From an uncultured Verrucomicrobiae bacterium (GTDB taxonomy: Bacteria > Verrucomicrobiota > Verrucomicrobiia > Chthoniobacterales > UBA10450): 64,000 nt of DNA. A program made the translations under genes and the position numbers. The notes below the pieces were generated by a model. That model ran no database searches. It had not been told where the DNA came from and worked only from the letters and a program-made list of their open reading frames with translations. Positions 19,588 to 28,779 of this stretch are shown here, in pieces; position 1 is the stretch's first letter, and every line of letters begins with the position of its first letter. Location: the NCBI GenBank assembly GCA_963834385.1, contig CAWIBO010000005.1, forward strand, positions 704,001-768,000. Direction: 5' to 3'.

Positions 19588-21936
19588 ATGAGCCCCACCC
19601 TTACCTTTTTCGTCGGCCTTCTCCTCCTCATCCTCTTTGGCTGGTACTTCGCGACCGACCAGGGCCTGCGCAAGCATATCCTCGCTTCCGTCCTGATGCT
19701 GCTGCTCGTCGGCTTCAGTCTCGTCACCATCTATCCGCCGGAGAAGAAGATCGCCCTCGGCCTCGATATCAAGGGAGGGACGTCGTTCCTTATCCGCCTT
19801 GTCTCCGCCGACGGCCAGGTGGCCAGGGAAATCATCGACGAAGCGGTCGAGGTCATCCGCAAACGCGTTGATTACTTCGGCGGCGGCGAACCGGTCATCA
19901 GCCCGGTCGGAACCGACCGCATCCTGGTGCAGATCCCCGGCCTTGGCGCCGGCCGCATCCAGGAGGCGCGCGACCAGCTCTCGCGCGTGGCCAAGCTCGA
20001 ATTTCGCCTGGTCTATCCCGATAACGGGGAAAAACTCGCCGCGATCGACTCCGGCCAGGATGTCATCCCGCCGGATTACCGCGTCGAGACCTACCAAATG
20101 CGCCCGGCCACCGAGGGCGGCACTCCCCGCGAGGAACGTCTCCTCGTGAAGAAGAAGGCCGATCTCGGCGGTGACCGCGTGGCCGCGTCCAGCGCCTACT
20201 ACGGCAACGAGGGCTGGACGGTCCAGCTCAAGTTCGACAGTGAGGGCGCCAAACAATTCGGCAAAATCACCGAGCAATTCAAAGGCTACCGCTTTGCCAT
20301 CGACCTCGACGGCGTCATCCAGTCGGCCCCATCCATCCGCGAACCGATCTACGGAGGCGAGGCCGTCATCACCGGCAGCTTCCAGGAAACCGAGGCGCGC
20401 AGCCTGGCCAGCGTCCTGGAAAATCCGCTCCAGACCCCGGTCAGCATCGAGGAGGAACGGAGCGTTTCCCCCACCCTCGGCGCCGATTCGGTCCGGAGCA
20501 GCGTCCTGGCCGGCCTGGTGGGCCTGCTCATCACCATGATCGCGGTGGCCGTTTATTACCGGCTGCTCGGGCTCATCGCGAACCTTGCCCTCATCATCAA
20601 CCTGATCATGCTCATCGGCGCGCTCACGATGTTTAACTTCGTCCTGACGCTCCCGGGCATCGCCGGCATCATCCTCACCATCGGCATGGCGGTCGACGCC
20701 AACGTCCTCATCTACGAGCGTCTGCGCGAGGAAATGGCCCTCGGGAAATCGCTGCGCACCGCCATGGAAGCGGGCTACGACAAGGCGTTCTCCTCCATCT
20801 TGGATGCGAACGTCACCACCCTGATCACGGCCGTCATCCTCTTCTGGCAGGCCACCGGGCCGGTCAAGGGTTTCGCCATCTCGCTGACCCTCGGCATCAT
20901 CGCTTCCATGTTTGCCGTCCTGATTGTCGGCCGCAACGCCACCGGCTGGCTGATCGAGACGAACACGGTGAAAAAGGTCTCGATGATGAGCCTGATCCCG
21001 CCGCTGAACATCGATTTCCTCAAGCGCGGACTTCTCGCCACCATTCTCTCCCTCCTCGTCCTCGGGGCGGGCGCCACCGTCTTTACCATGCGCGGCGAGA
21101 AAAACTTCGGCGTCGATTTCCGCGGGGGCGACCTCCTCACCCTCAGCACGGAGCAACCGGTCGCCGTGGCTGACGTCCGCCGCGCTCTCGAGCCGCTCCA
21201 GCTCGCCGACGCCACCATCCAGAAATCGGAGCAGGCCGGCCGCAGCTATCTTTCCATCCGCAGCCCGCTCAACACGAGCGATGCCATCAAAACCCGCATT
21301 GGCGAGGCACTGCCCCAGGCGGGGCTGAAAACCGAGGGATCGGAGCGGGTCGGGGCGCTCGTCGGCGGCGAGCTCGCCCGCAAATCGCTCATGGCCCTCG
21401 GCCTCGGCCTCATCGGCATTCTGATCTACGTCACCTTCCGCTTCGAGCTCTCCTTCGCCATCGGCGCCATCGTGGCCGTGCTGCACGATGTCCTCATGAC
21501 CGTGGGCATCTTCGCTCTGCTCGGCCGCGAGCTCAGCCTGACCCTTGTCGGCGCCATTCTCACCATCGCCGGCTATTCGATCAACGACACCATTGTCGTC
21601 TTTGACCGCATCCGCGAGGGGCTCGCCAGTGGGCGCAAGGGGACCATTGAGCAGATCATGAACGAGAGCATCAACCAGACGATCAGCCGCACCGTCCTCA
21701 CCGGCGGCGCCACCCTCATCCCGATCTTCTGCCTCTTTCTCTTTGGCGGCACGGTCCTGCGCGATTTCGCCCTCGCCATCCTCATCGGCGTCCTCGTCGG
21801 CACCTATTCCTCGATCTTCATCGCCTCACCCATCGTGCTCTGGTGGACCCGCGCACGCGGTCGCTCGACCAGTTCGCTCCGGCGCGAGGTCATTGAGACC
21901 ACCGCTGCGACCAAAAATCCCCGTCCCACCAGCTAA
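19588..21936 (+). CDS. secDF: fused protein translocase subunit SecDF
   Basis: LGLDIKGG, GMAVDANVLIYER, GVDFRGG, GYSINDTIVVFDRIRE. Confidence 0.97.
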   Translation: MSPTLTFFVGLLLLILFGWYFATDQGLRKHILASVLMLLLVGFSLVTIYPPEKKIALGLDIKGGTSFLIRLVSADGQVAREIIDEAVEVIRKRVDYFGGGEPVISPVGTDRILVQIPGLGAGRIQEARDQLSRVAKLEFRLVYPDNGEKLAAIDSGQDVIPPDYRVETYQMRPATEGGTPREERLLVKKKADLGGDRVAASSAYYGNEGWTVQLKFDSEGAKQFGKITEQFKGYRFAIDLDGVIQSAPSIREPIYGGEAVITGSFQETEARSLASVLENPLQTPVSIEEERSVSPTLGADSVRSSVLAGLVGLLITMIAVAVYYRLLGLIANLALIINLIMLIGALTMFNFVLTLPGIAGIILTIGMAVDANVLIYERLREEMALGKSLRTAMEAGYDKAFSSILDANVTTLITAVILFWQATGPVKGFAISLTLGIIASMFAVLIVGRNATGWLIETNTVKKVSMMSLIPPLNIDFLKRGLLATILSLLVLGAGATVFTMRGEKNFGVDFRGGDLLTLSTEQPVAVADVRRALEPLQLADATIQKSEQAGRSYLSIRSPLNTSDAIKTRIGEALPQAGLKTEGSERVGALVGGELARKSLMALGLGLIGILIYVTFRFELSFAIGAIVAVLHDVLMTVGIFALLGRELSLTLVGAILTIAGYSINDTIVVFDRIREGLASGRKGTIEQIMNESINQTISRTVLTGGATLIPIFCLFLFGGTVLRDFALAILIGVLVGTYSSIFIASPIVLWWTRARGRSTSSLRREVIETTAATKNPRPTS

Positions 21937-21958
21937 AAACGGCCCCAAAAGGGCGCAT

Positions 21959-21987
21959 TTGACACCACCTCGGGCGACGACTACGAT
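21959..21987 (+). promoter_or_regulatory. sigma70-type promoter of rpsU
   Basis: TTGACA-N17-TACGAT. Confidence 0.75.
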
Positions 21988-22031
21988 TTGCGCCGCCCGT
22001 AGGGGCAATTTTACAGGATCGAGGTGAAATA

Positions 22032-22229
22032 ATGCCAGAAGTCATCGTACGAAAAGGGGAACCGGTTGACCGGGCTCTGAAGCGACTGAAAAACAAGCTC
22101 GACGCCGAGGGAATCCTTGAGGAGGTCCGACGGCTCCGCGCCTTTGAGACGCCATCGCAAAAGACCCGGCGGAAGGCCAAGGCCAACGCCAAGCGCGGCC
22201 GGACAAAGTTCCGCTTTAACCCCTCCTAG
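22032..22229 (+). CDS. rpsU: 30S ribosomal protein S21
   Basis: MPEVIVRKGEPVDRALKRLK...FETPSQKTRRK; GAGGTG Shine-Dalgarno. Confidence 0.95.
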   Translation: MPEVIVRKGEPVDRALKRLKNKLDAEGILEEVRRLRAFETPSQKTRRKAKANAKRGRTKFRFNPS

Positions 22230-22245
22230 AGAGAGACTTAGCTTT

Positions 22246-22286
22246 AACGCGACTTTGCCGACAGTGCCGGCGAAGTCGCGTTTTTT
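22246..22286 (+). terminator. intrinsic terminator after rpsU
   Basis: AACGCGACTTTGCCG-loop-CGGCGAAGTCGCG followed by TTTTTT. Confidence 0.85.
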
Positions 22287-22307
22287 GCTTGGTCCCCGGC
22301 AGACGGC

Positions 22308-23948
22308 TTAGCCGCCCAGGCTCTCGCATTCGCACACGACCCGGAACCCAAGGTCGTTGCACGAATAGCTCGGGATATTGCACGCGCGGGTGGTCGCCCG
22401 CAGGCTGCTAAAGCGCGATTTCCAGCTTCCCCCGCGGTAAACCCGCTTCTGCCCACTCGGGGCTCCCCGCGGATTCACCCGGGTGCCGCCCCGGTACATT
22501 TCGAAATAGTCCAGGCACCATTCCCAGACGTTTCCGGCCATGTCCTGCATGCCGAAAGGGCTCGCGCCCAACGGGTAAGCGCCCACGGGTGAGCTTTCGC
22601 TGAACCCGTCGTCGATTTCCCGGTCGCTCCAGGCGAAAACCGTGTTCCGGTCGGCAAAATTGGCCAGATCCCCCCGGCGTTCCAGGCTTCCCCAGGGAAA
22701 CTTGCGCCCGTCCAGCCCGCGCGCGGCATATTCCCACTCGGCCTCGCTGGGCAGCCGGTAACGCCGGCGCTCACGCGTGCTGAGCCATTGGCAAAATTTC
22801 ATCGCGTCGAGGCTGCTCACATAGAGCACCGGGTGCTGGTCGCCCGCCCCGGGGGCCCGTTTGCGGCTGTGGCTGGGATCGAATTCCTCATACTGGGCAT
22901 TCGTCACGGGATGGCACGACATGTAAAAGCGGCTCACCAGCACTTTGGTCAGCGGCTTTTCGTTCGGCGGAGAATCAGGCGCCTCCGAGCCCATGGTGAA
23001 CTCCCCGCTGGGGACAAAAAGCATCTGCGCCCCCGCGGTGTTCACGAACGGGGTAAAATTGCCCACCTCGGTGGCGGCATCCATCACCGACTCCTTCACC
23101 TCCACAGCCGGCGCCGGGGAAGCGGTGGCCGACGTCGCGGCGTGTCCCGGAGACTCCGGCAAATAGGACGGGTCGGTCAGCCGGTCGGCTTCCTCCAGGT
23201 AGGCGTCAACCAGGCCCTCAGCCTCGTCCACGTCGATCCCGAGGTTCTCGGCCATGTTCACAAAGGCGTCCCGTTGATCGTCGGTCATCGCATCGCTGTC
23301 GAGACCGCTCAATCGCAGCATGCGCATGAAATCTTCCGTCGGCCCGAGGGAATTCGAACGGCGGACACGGGCCGGGGCGGGCGCGGGAGGATCGACCGGA
23401 ACCGGCGCCGCCGCCACCGGGGCGGGCGCGCTCACGCGCACGGCGTTGCTGTCGCGCAGCTCCGCCTCGATGTAGCGCGCCATTTCCTCCAGACTCAGGC
23501 CCTGTTGCTGGCCGAAATTGAGCAGGTTCTGCTCTTCATCCGCCGTCAGCCGGCCATCCCCGAGGGCAAAGGTCAGATACTTGTGGAACTCGATCACGGA
23601 TTCTTCGTGCAACTGGGCCGCAATCTCCGCATCGACCCGCTGGCGCCGGGCCGGGTCCAGCAGTTCGAGCCTCGCCTGGGCCAGGTAACGCGGCGATTCG
23701 TCCAGGCCGGACCGGAGCATTTGCGCGATCGGGTTGCTCGGCTGGTTTTTCAACGGCAGCTTCTTCTGCCACCACCGCAGGAGCGCGCGGCAATGTTCCT
23801 CGATCAGCTCGTTGCTCGGTTTGGTCGAGGGATCAAGGCAGAGGCGCTCGTAATAGTTCGGCGACTTGTACTTGCTCCAGCCGTCCCATTTGTTGGGATC
23901 GTCCGGGAGCGGCGCCGGGAACGAGACGTTCGAGTTGACCATCACCAT
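22308..23948 (-). CDS. multidomain protein: degenerate J-like domain, two helical (TerB-like) repeats, C-terminal FGE-sulfatase/SUMF1-fold domain
   Basis: NYYERLCLD...LAQARLELLDPARRQRVD; FTMGS, VTNAQY, RLPSEAEWEYAARG, DMAGNVWEWC, RGGSW, LGFRVV. Confidence 0.85.
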   Translation of the reverse strand: MVMVNSNVSFPAPLPDDPNKWDGWSKYKSPNYYERLCLDPSTKPSNELIEEHCRALLRWWQKKLPLKNQPSNPIAQMLRSGLDESPRYLAQARLELLDPARRQRVDAEIAAQLHEESVIEFHKYLTFALGDGRLTADEEQNLLNFGQQQGLSLEEMARYIEAELRDSNAVRVSAPAPVAAAPVPVDPPAPAPARVRRSNSLGPTEDFMRMLRLSGLDSDAMTDDQRDAFVNMAENLGIDVDEAEGLVDAYLEEADRLTDPSYLPESPGHAATSATASPAPAVEVKESVMDAATEVGNFTPFVNTAGAQMLFVPSGEFTMGSEAPDSPPNEKPLTKVLVSRFYMSCHPVTNAQYEEFDPSHSRKRAPGAGDQHPVLYVSSLDAMKFCQWLSTRERRRYRLPSEAEWEYAARGLDGRKFPWGSLERRGDLANFADRNTVFAWSDREIDDGFSESSPVGAYPLGASPFGMQDMAGNVWEWCLDYFEMYRGGTRVNPRGAPSGQKRVYRGGSWKSRFSSLRATTRACNIPSYSCNDLGFRVVCECESLGG

Positions 23949-25510
23949 TACGCGATGCGAAGCCCGTTCAGGTCTGATTTCGCCTGCTCAAATTCCTGCG
24001 GCGTCAGGCCGGTGTTCCGTTCAATGCTGACGCGGGTGGTGTTTCCGCAGGCCTCGACCGAGACCTCCAGGACCTGGTTGGCGTTGTATTCGTAGGTCAG
24101 TTCCACCGGCGAACCCTTGGGAAGGAAACCGGGCAGCTCGATCTCGCAGGTGCCGAGCGGGGTGCACTCGAACGGGACGGTGCTCTCGCCTTCCACCACG
24201 CGCACGACCGCGCGTTCCATGTTCGCCGTGGCCGTGCCAAAGGCGTTGCGGGCCGTGGCCGGGACGGCGGACATCTTGCGGATCATGGGAAAAACGTATT
24301 CCTCGAGATGACTTTCGTCCCAGAGGACGACCCCCAGGGTGTGCGAGGTGATGTTCGCCACCTGGATCAGTTTTCCTTCGCGCGAGGAAAACTGGTCGCG
24401 CATGTCGGCCGACAAAATCTTCTCACCGGAATCATCCTCCTCGCCCAGCAGGGAAAGCACGGCCTGGATGGAGGCCCCGATCGCGACGGCTTCGTCCGGG
24501 TTCACCTCGTCACTCACGGGCACGCCGGAAAGTTCCACGATCATTTCGCGCACCATCGGCATGCGGGTCATGCCGCCGACGAGGAGAACTTTGTCGATCT
24601 CGCTCCATTTCATCCCGGCCTCCTGCATCACCATTTCACAGATGGTCTTGCAGCGCTCGACCAGGTGCTGGGTGCGCTTCTCGAATTCTTCCCGGCTCAG
24701 CTCCACCTTGACGCTCTTGCCGTTGTGATGGTGCACGAGGGTCGTGCCCGGCCGGCTCGAAAGCTGAATCTTGGCCGAAAGGGCCCGCGTGTGCAGGTCC
24801 TGGTAACTGTGCAGGTCCAGCAGCGGATTCTCCCCGTGCGCGCGGTCAAACTCTTCCGCGATGTGGTTCACGATAACGTCATCCCAATCCTTGCCGCCGA
24901 GCCGGTGATCGCCATTGGTCGCGAGCACGGCCAGGTTATGGTCCTGGATCCGCATGATCGTGACGTCAAAGGTGCCGCCGCCGAGGTCGAAGACGAAAAC
25001 GGTCTGGTTGGAATCGAGCTTGTCGAGGCCGTAGGCCAGGGCGGCCGCGGTCGGCTCGTTGATGATGCGCAGGACGTTGAAGCCGGCGAGCTGGCCGGCG
25101 GTGATGGTGGCGGTGCGCTCGGCGTCGTTGAAATAGGCCGGCACGGTGATGACCGCGTCGGTGATCGGTTCCTGCAGATATTTTTCAGCGTCGTTCTTGA
25201 GCTTTTTCAGGATCAGGGCGGAAAGCTCCTCCGCGGCATAAACGCGCCCGTTGAAATCGCGGTTGAACTGCTCCTTCGGTTTGCCCATCTCCCGCTTCAC
25301 GAAATCGACGATCTGCCCCGGCTCGGCCACGGCGCTGTTCTTGGCCACCGTGCCGACGATCACGCCTTCCTCCTCGAAAAGAATGACGGAGGGGGTGATC
25401 CGCTCGCTCTCGCTGTTCGGGATGATTTGCGGTTTGCCGTAGGCGTCAATGTGCGCCACGGCGGAGAAGGTCGTGCCCAGGTCAATGCCAACTGCTTTGC
25501 GTTTGCTCAT
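23948..25510 (-). CDS. Hsp70 family protein (non-canonical, 520 aa)
   Basis: GIDLGTTFS, VITVPAYF, INEPTAAALAYG, FDLGGGTFDV, LVGGMTRMP, NPDEAVAIGA. Confidence 0.95.
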   Translation of the reverse strand: MSKRKAVGIDLGTTFSAVAHIDAYGKPQIIPNSESERITPSVILFEEEGVIVGTVAKNSAVAEPGQIVDFVKREMGKPKEQFNRDFNGRVYAAEELSALILKKLKNDAEKYLQEPITDAVITVPAYFNDAERTATITAGQLAGFNVLRIINEPTAAALAYGLDKLDSNQTVFVFDLGGGTFDVTIMRIQDHNLAVLATNGDHRLGGKDWDDVIVNHIAEEFDRAHGENPLLDLHSYQDLHTRALSAKIQLSSRPGTTLVHHHNGKSVKVELSREEFEKRTQHLVERCKTICEMVMQEAGMKWSEIDKVLLVGGMTRMPMVREMIVELSGVPVSDEVNPDEAVAIGASIQAVLSLLGEEDDSGEKILSADMRDQFSSREGKLIQVANITSHTLGVVLWDESHLEEYVFPMIRKMSAVPATARNAFGTATANMERAVVRVVEGESTVPFECTPLGTCEIELPGFLPKGSPVELTYEYNANQVLEVSVEACGNTTRVSIERNTGLTPQEFEQAKSDLNGLRIA

Positions 25511-25636
25511 GTCTCGAAAAAAGAGGAGGCGCTCTTCGCCCCTCGCTCCCTCTGGGAAGGAATGCAGTTTCCATGCCCCGCGCGGACAAGAACGGCGGCG
25601 CTTGCCCCGGCCGCCGAAATGACCCCGGCCCGCCCC

Positions 25637-26332
25637 CTATTCGAAACGCTTGGCGATGACTTCTTCCTGGCGCAGGACGCTCTCCCGCCAGAGGAAACCG
25701 CGCTTCAACCGCAGGACGATTGAGCCGTCTTCCTCCTTGAAATCGGCCGGTTCAAAGCTCATGACCCGGTGCAGGGTCCGGTCGACCTTCTCGCCCGGCT
25801 CGATCAGGGTCACCTCGAGGCGGCGCAGGACCTCCAGGAGGGAATGGATCGCGTTCTCCAGGTTGGCATGCCATTGCCCGATGATGCCGGCTGCCGCTCC
25901 GTCCGCCTCCGCCCGGCCCAGTTGCGTGGAAAGCTTGCTCAGGTCGTCAAAAAGCACGATCAGATCGCGGATAAACGGTTTCTGGAGCGATTCCCGGAGG
26001 AAATCGTCGCGGTATTTCACCATCTCCTCGTGCATCGAGTCGAAAAGACGCTGGTTCACGCTTTCGCTGCTCCGGATCGCCTTCATCTGCTCTTCCACCC
26101 GGTCCAGCTTCTCGGACAGCCCCTTGGACACGCTCAAGGCCAGCCCCTCCAGCCGGGCCGCCGTGCTCATGGCAAACTGGTCGAGGGACTTCTGCAGCGC
26201 GGCCACCTCTTCCCCACCGTCCCCATGGTCGGCCACGGTCCCGTTTCTCCCCGGTCCCTTGCCCGAGGCCTGCGCGCTCAGTTCCTGCATGGCCGAGGCG
26301 AAATCGTCGTCGATCCTGATCACGTCCTGCAT
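25637..26332 (-). CDS. GrpE-like nucleotide exchange factor
   Basis: Coiled coil, then FIRDLIVLFDDL...LEVTLIEPGEKVDRTLHRV...LKRGFLWRESVLRQEEV (GrpE beta-domain pattern). Confidence 0.8.
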   Translation of the reverse strand: MQDVIRIDDDFASAMQELSAQASGKGPGRNGTVADHGDGGEEVAALQKSLDQFAMSTAARLEGLALSVSKGLSEKLDRVEEQMKAIRSSESVNQRLFDSMHEEMVKYRDDFLRESLQKPFIRDLIVLFDDLSKLSTQLGRAEADGAAAGIIGQWHANLENAIHSLLEVLRRLEVTLIEPGEKVDRTLHRVMSFEPADFKEEDGSIVLRLKRGFLWRESVLRQEEVIAKRFE

Positions 26333-26333
26333 C

Positions 26334-27851
26334 CTAGGCGTTCCTTCCGAAATATTTGCGAATGGCGTCGACCAGCCCGGGGATGTCGTGCCGCGGCGCT
26401 TCGACCGCCACTTCGAGGCCGTGGTCCCGGGCCGTTTTCGAGGTGATCGGACCAATGCTCGCCACCTTCATGCCGGCGGGCCAGGCCAGCCCAAGGGCAA
26501 GAAAATTGTCGACCGTGGAGGAGCTGGTGAACGTGATCAGATCAGCGCCCTCCTCCAGCAAACGCTGCCGGGCGCCTGTAAGATCACGCGTTTCTCCCAC
26601 CGTCCGATATGCAAAACCTTCATCGACAATTGCCCCCAGCTTCGAGAGTTCTTTCGGTAGCACGTCCCGCGCCTGTTCCGCGCGCGCCAGCAAGATTCGC
26701 AGATTTTCCACCCCGCCCTCTTTCTTGAACTCCTTCACGATGGCCTCAGCCACGAACTCCTCCGGCTGCAGGTCGACCTTGAGCCGAAAATCGCGCACCC
26801 GTTGCGCCGTTGCGGGCCCGATCGCGGCAATCCGCGCCCCGCCGATCTCGCGGGCGTCATCGTAGAGCTTGTAGAAAAGGTCGAAGAACGCGTCCACGCC
26901 ATTCGGGCTGGTGAAAATGATCCAGTCGTAGCCATGGGCATCCTGCACCAGCTCGGCAAAGGCGCGCAGATCGGTCGGCGGCTCAATTCGGATGGTGGGC
27001 AGCTCCAGGATATCGGCCCCCAGCGCCTGCAGCCGACGGCTGAGCTCGCCCGCCTGCTTCCGCGTCCGGGTCACCACGATGCGCCGGCCCGAAAGCGGTC
27101 GTTCCTCAAACCAGTTCAGTTCGCGGCGAAGAGTCACCACCTCGCCAAAGATGGCCACCGCCGGCGGGCGAAAATCCTCTTCCAAGGCCCGGCCGGCCAC
27201 CTGCCCCAGCGTGCTCACCAGCGTCTGCTGTCTTCCTGTTGTTCCCCAGCGCACCAGCGCCACCGGCAGATCCTCCCGGAACCCCTGCGCCGTCATCTCC
27301 GCCGTGATCTCCTTTAATCGCTCAATCCCCATCAGCATCACCTGGGTTCCACCCAGCCGGGCCAACGCCGCGTAATCGATGGAACTTTCGCCCGTTTCCT
27401 CGTGCCCGGTGAAAAAGGTCACGCTGGTGGCAAGACCCCGGTGCGTCACCGGCACGCCGGCATAAGCCGCGGCCGCCACGGCCGAGCTGATCCCCGGGAC
27501 GATCTCGAACGGAATCCCGGCCCGGGCCAGCGCCAGCGCCTCTTCGCCGCCCCGCCCAAAGACAAAAGGATCGCCCCCTTTCAAGCGGACGACGCATTTG
27601 CCGGCCGCGGCTTTCTCCACCAGCAGGGCGTTGATCTCCTCCTGCCCGAGCGTATGCGCGCCGGCCTTTTTGCCCGCGTAGATGATCTCGGCCGTTTCGG
27701 GCGCCCACTTCAGGATCTCGGGATTGCTCAGGTAATCGTAAACCACGACCTCCGCCTGCCCGACGCATTCCTTCGCCCGCAGGGTCACCAGCCCGGGATC
27801 TCCCGGTCCCGCGCCCACGAGAAAACATTTACCCTTCTCTTTTTTCGCCAT
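26334..27851 (-). CDS. cobA/hemD: uroporphyrinogen-III C-methyltransferase / uroporphyrinogen-III synthase fusion
   Basis: LVGAGPGDPGL, RLKGGDPFVFGRGGEE; IVVTRT, FTSPNGV, FTSSST. Confidence 0.96.
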   Translation of the reverse strand: MAKKEKGKCFLVGAGPGDPGLVTLRAKECVGQAEVVVYDYLSNPEILKWAPETAEIIYAGKKAGAHTLGQEEINALLVEKAAAGKCVVRLKGGDPFVFGRGGEEALALARAGIPFEIVPGISSAVAAAAYAGVPVTHRGLATSVTFFTGHEETGESSIDYAALARLGGTQVMLMGIERLKEITAEMTAQGFREDLPVALVRWGTTGRQQTLVSTLGQVAGRALEEDFRPPAVAIFGEVVTLRRELNWFEERPLSGRRIVVTRTRKQAGELSRRLQALGADILELPTIRIEPPTDLRAFAELVQDAHGYDWIIFTSPNGVDAFFDLFYKLYDDAREIGGARIAAIGPATAQRVRDFRLKVDLQPEEFVAEAIVKEFKKEGGVENLRILLARAEQARDVLPKELSKLGAIVDEGFAYRTVGETRDLTGARQRLLEEGADLITFTSSSTVDNFLALGLAWPAGMKVASIGPITSKTARDHGLEVAVEAPRHDIPGLVDAIRKYFGRNA

Positions 27852-28773
27852 GAATTTTCTCCATCAGTTCGCGGGCGATTCCCTCCGGATCATCCGGTGA
27901 ACCCTCGGCTTCCACCATGATCGGTGCCGCCGCCTCTCCTTGAAAAAGTTGGACGCGCCCCTTCAGTCCGCCCGCTGCCACCGCCGCCGCCACGCCCACC
28001 GGAGTTCCGCAATCCCCCTCGAGCAGACGCAAGAACTCACGTTCCAGGCGCAGGCAGGTCATCGTTTCGGCATCGTTGAAACCACCGGCGGTCTCCAGCA
28101 GGAAGGCGTCGTCGGCCCGGGCTTGCACGGCAATGACGCCCTGCCCGCCCGCGGGCACGAAGAGGGCCGGATCCAGCCGCTGCAGGTGGATGTTTTCCCC
28201 CTCAAAGACAATCTGGTCGCCCGAGCAATCAAACCCAAGACGCTCCAGGCCCGCCCGCGCGAGCACCATGGCGTCGTGTGCGCCGCCCGAGAGTTTGCGC
28301 AGACGGGTCGGGACGTTGCCCCGCAGGTCGGCCAGGAGAAGATCGGGCCGCTGCCAGCGCAACTGGCGTTGCCGGCGCACACTGCCCGTGGCCACGGTCG
28401 CTCCGTGCGCGAGCGTTTCCAGGGCGACGGCTTGCCGCGCCAGGAGCAGGTCCTCCGTGGCGGCCCGGGGCAGCACCGCCGCCAGCCGAAACTCGTCCCC
28501 CATGGCGCTGGGCAGATCCTTGGCGCTGTGCACCGCCAAATCCACTTCGCCGGCCGCGAGGGCGCGTTCGATCTCGGCCGTAAACATTCCTTTCCGCCCC
28601 GCCATTTCCTCCGCGGGCACCGCCCCTCTTTCATCACCACGCGTGCGGATCACCCGCACCTCGAGAGGCTGGCCCCCGAGCAACGGCCGCAGGGCCGCCT
28701 CCACCAGGGCGGTCTGGGTCCGGGCCAGGTCGCTCCCTCGTGTCCCAAGGACAATGCGATCACGATCAGCCAT
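27829..28773 (-). CDS. hemC: hydroxymethylbilane synthase
   Basis: GTRGSDLA, KGMFT, VHSAKDLP, RGNVPTRL, GDCGTP. Confidence 0.96.
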   Translation of the reverse strand: MADRDRIVLGTRGSDLARTQTALVEAALRPLLGGQPLEVRVIRTRGDERGAVPAEEMAGRKGMFTAEIERALAAGEVDLAVHSAKDLPSAMGDEFRLAAVLPRAATEDLLLARQAVALETLAHGATVATGSVRRQRQLRWQRPDLLLADLRGNVPTRLRKLSGGAHDAMVLARAGLERLGFDCSGDQIVFEGENIHLQRLDPALFVPAGGQGVIAVQARADDAFLLETAGGFNDAETMTCLRLEREFLRLLEGDCGTPVGVAAAVAAGGLKGRVQLFQGEAAAPIMVEAEGSPDDPEGIARELMEKIHGEKREG

Positions 28774-28779
28774 CTTGCC

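Noticed and set aside
22308..23050. Catalytic formylglycine-generating enzyme
   Set aside because: Lacks the CxxxxC core after RGGSW and no sulfatase is nearby.
23948..25510. Housekeeping dnaK
   Set aside because: Too short, with an altered linker and no full lid; no hrcA or canonical dnaJ adjacent.
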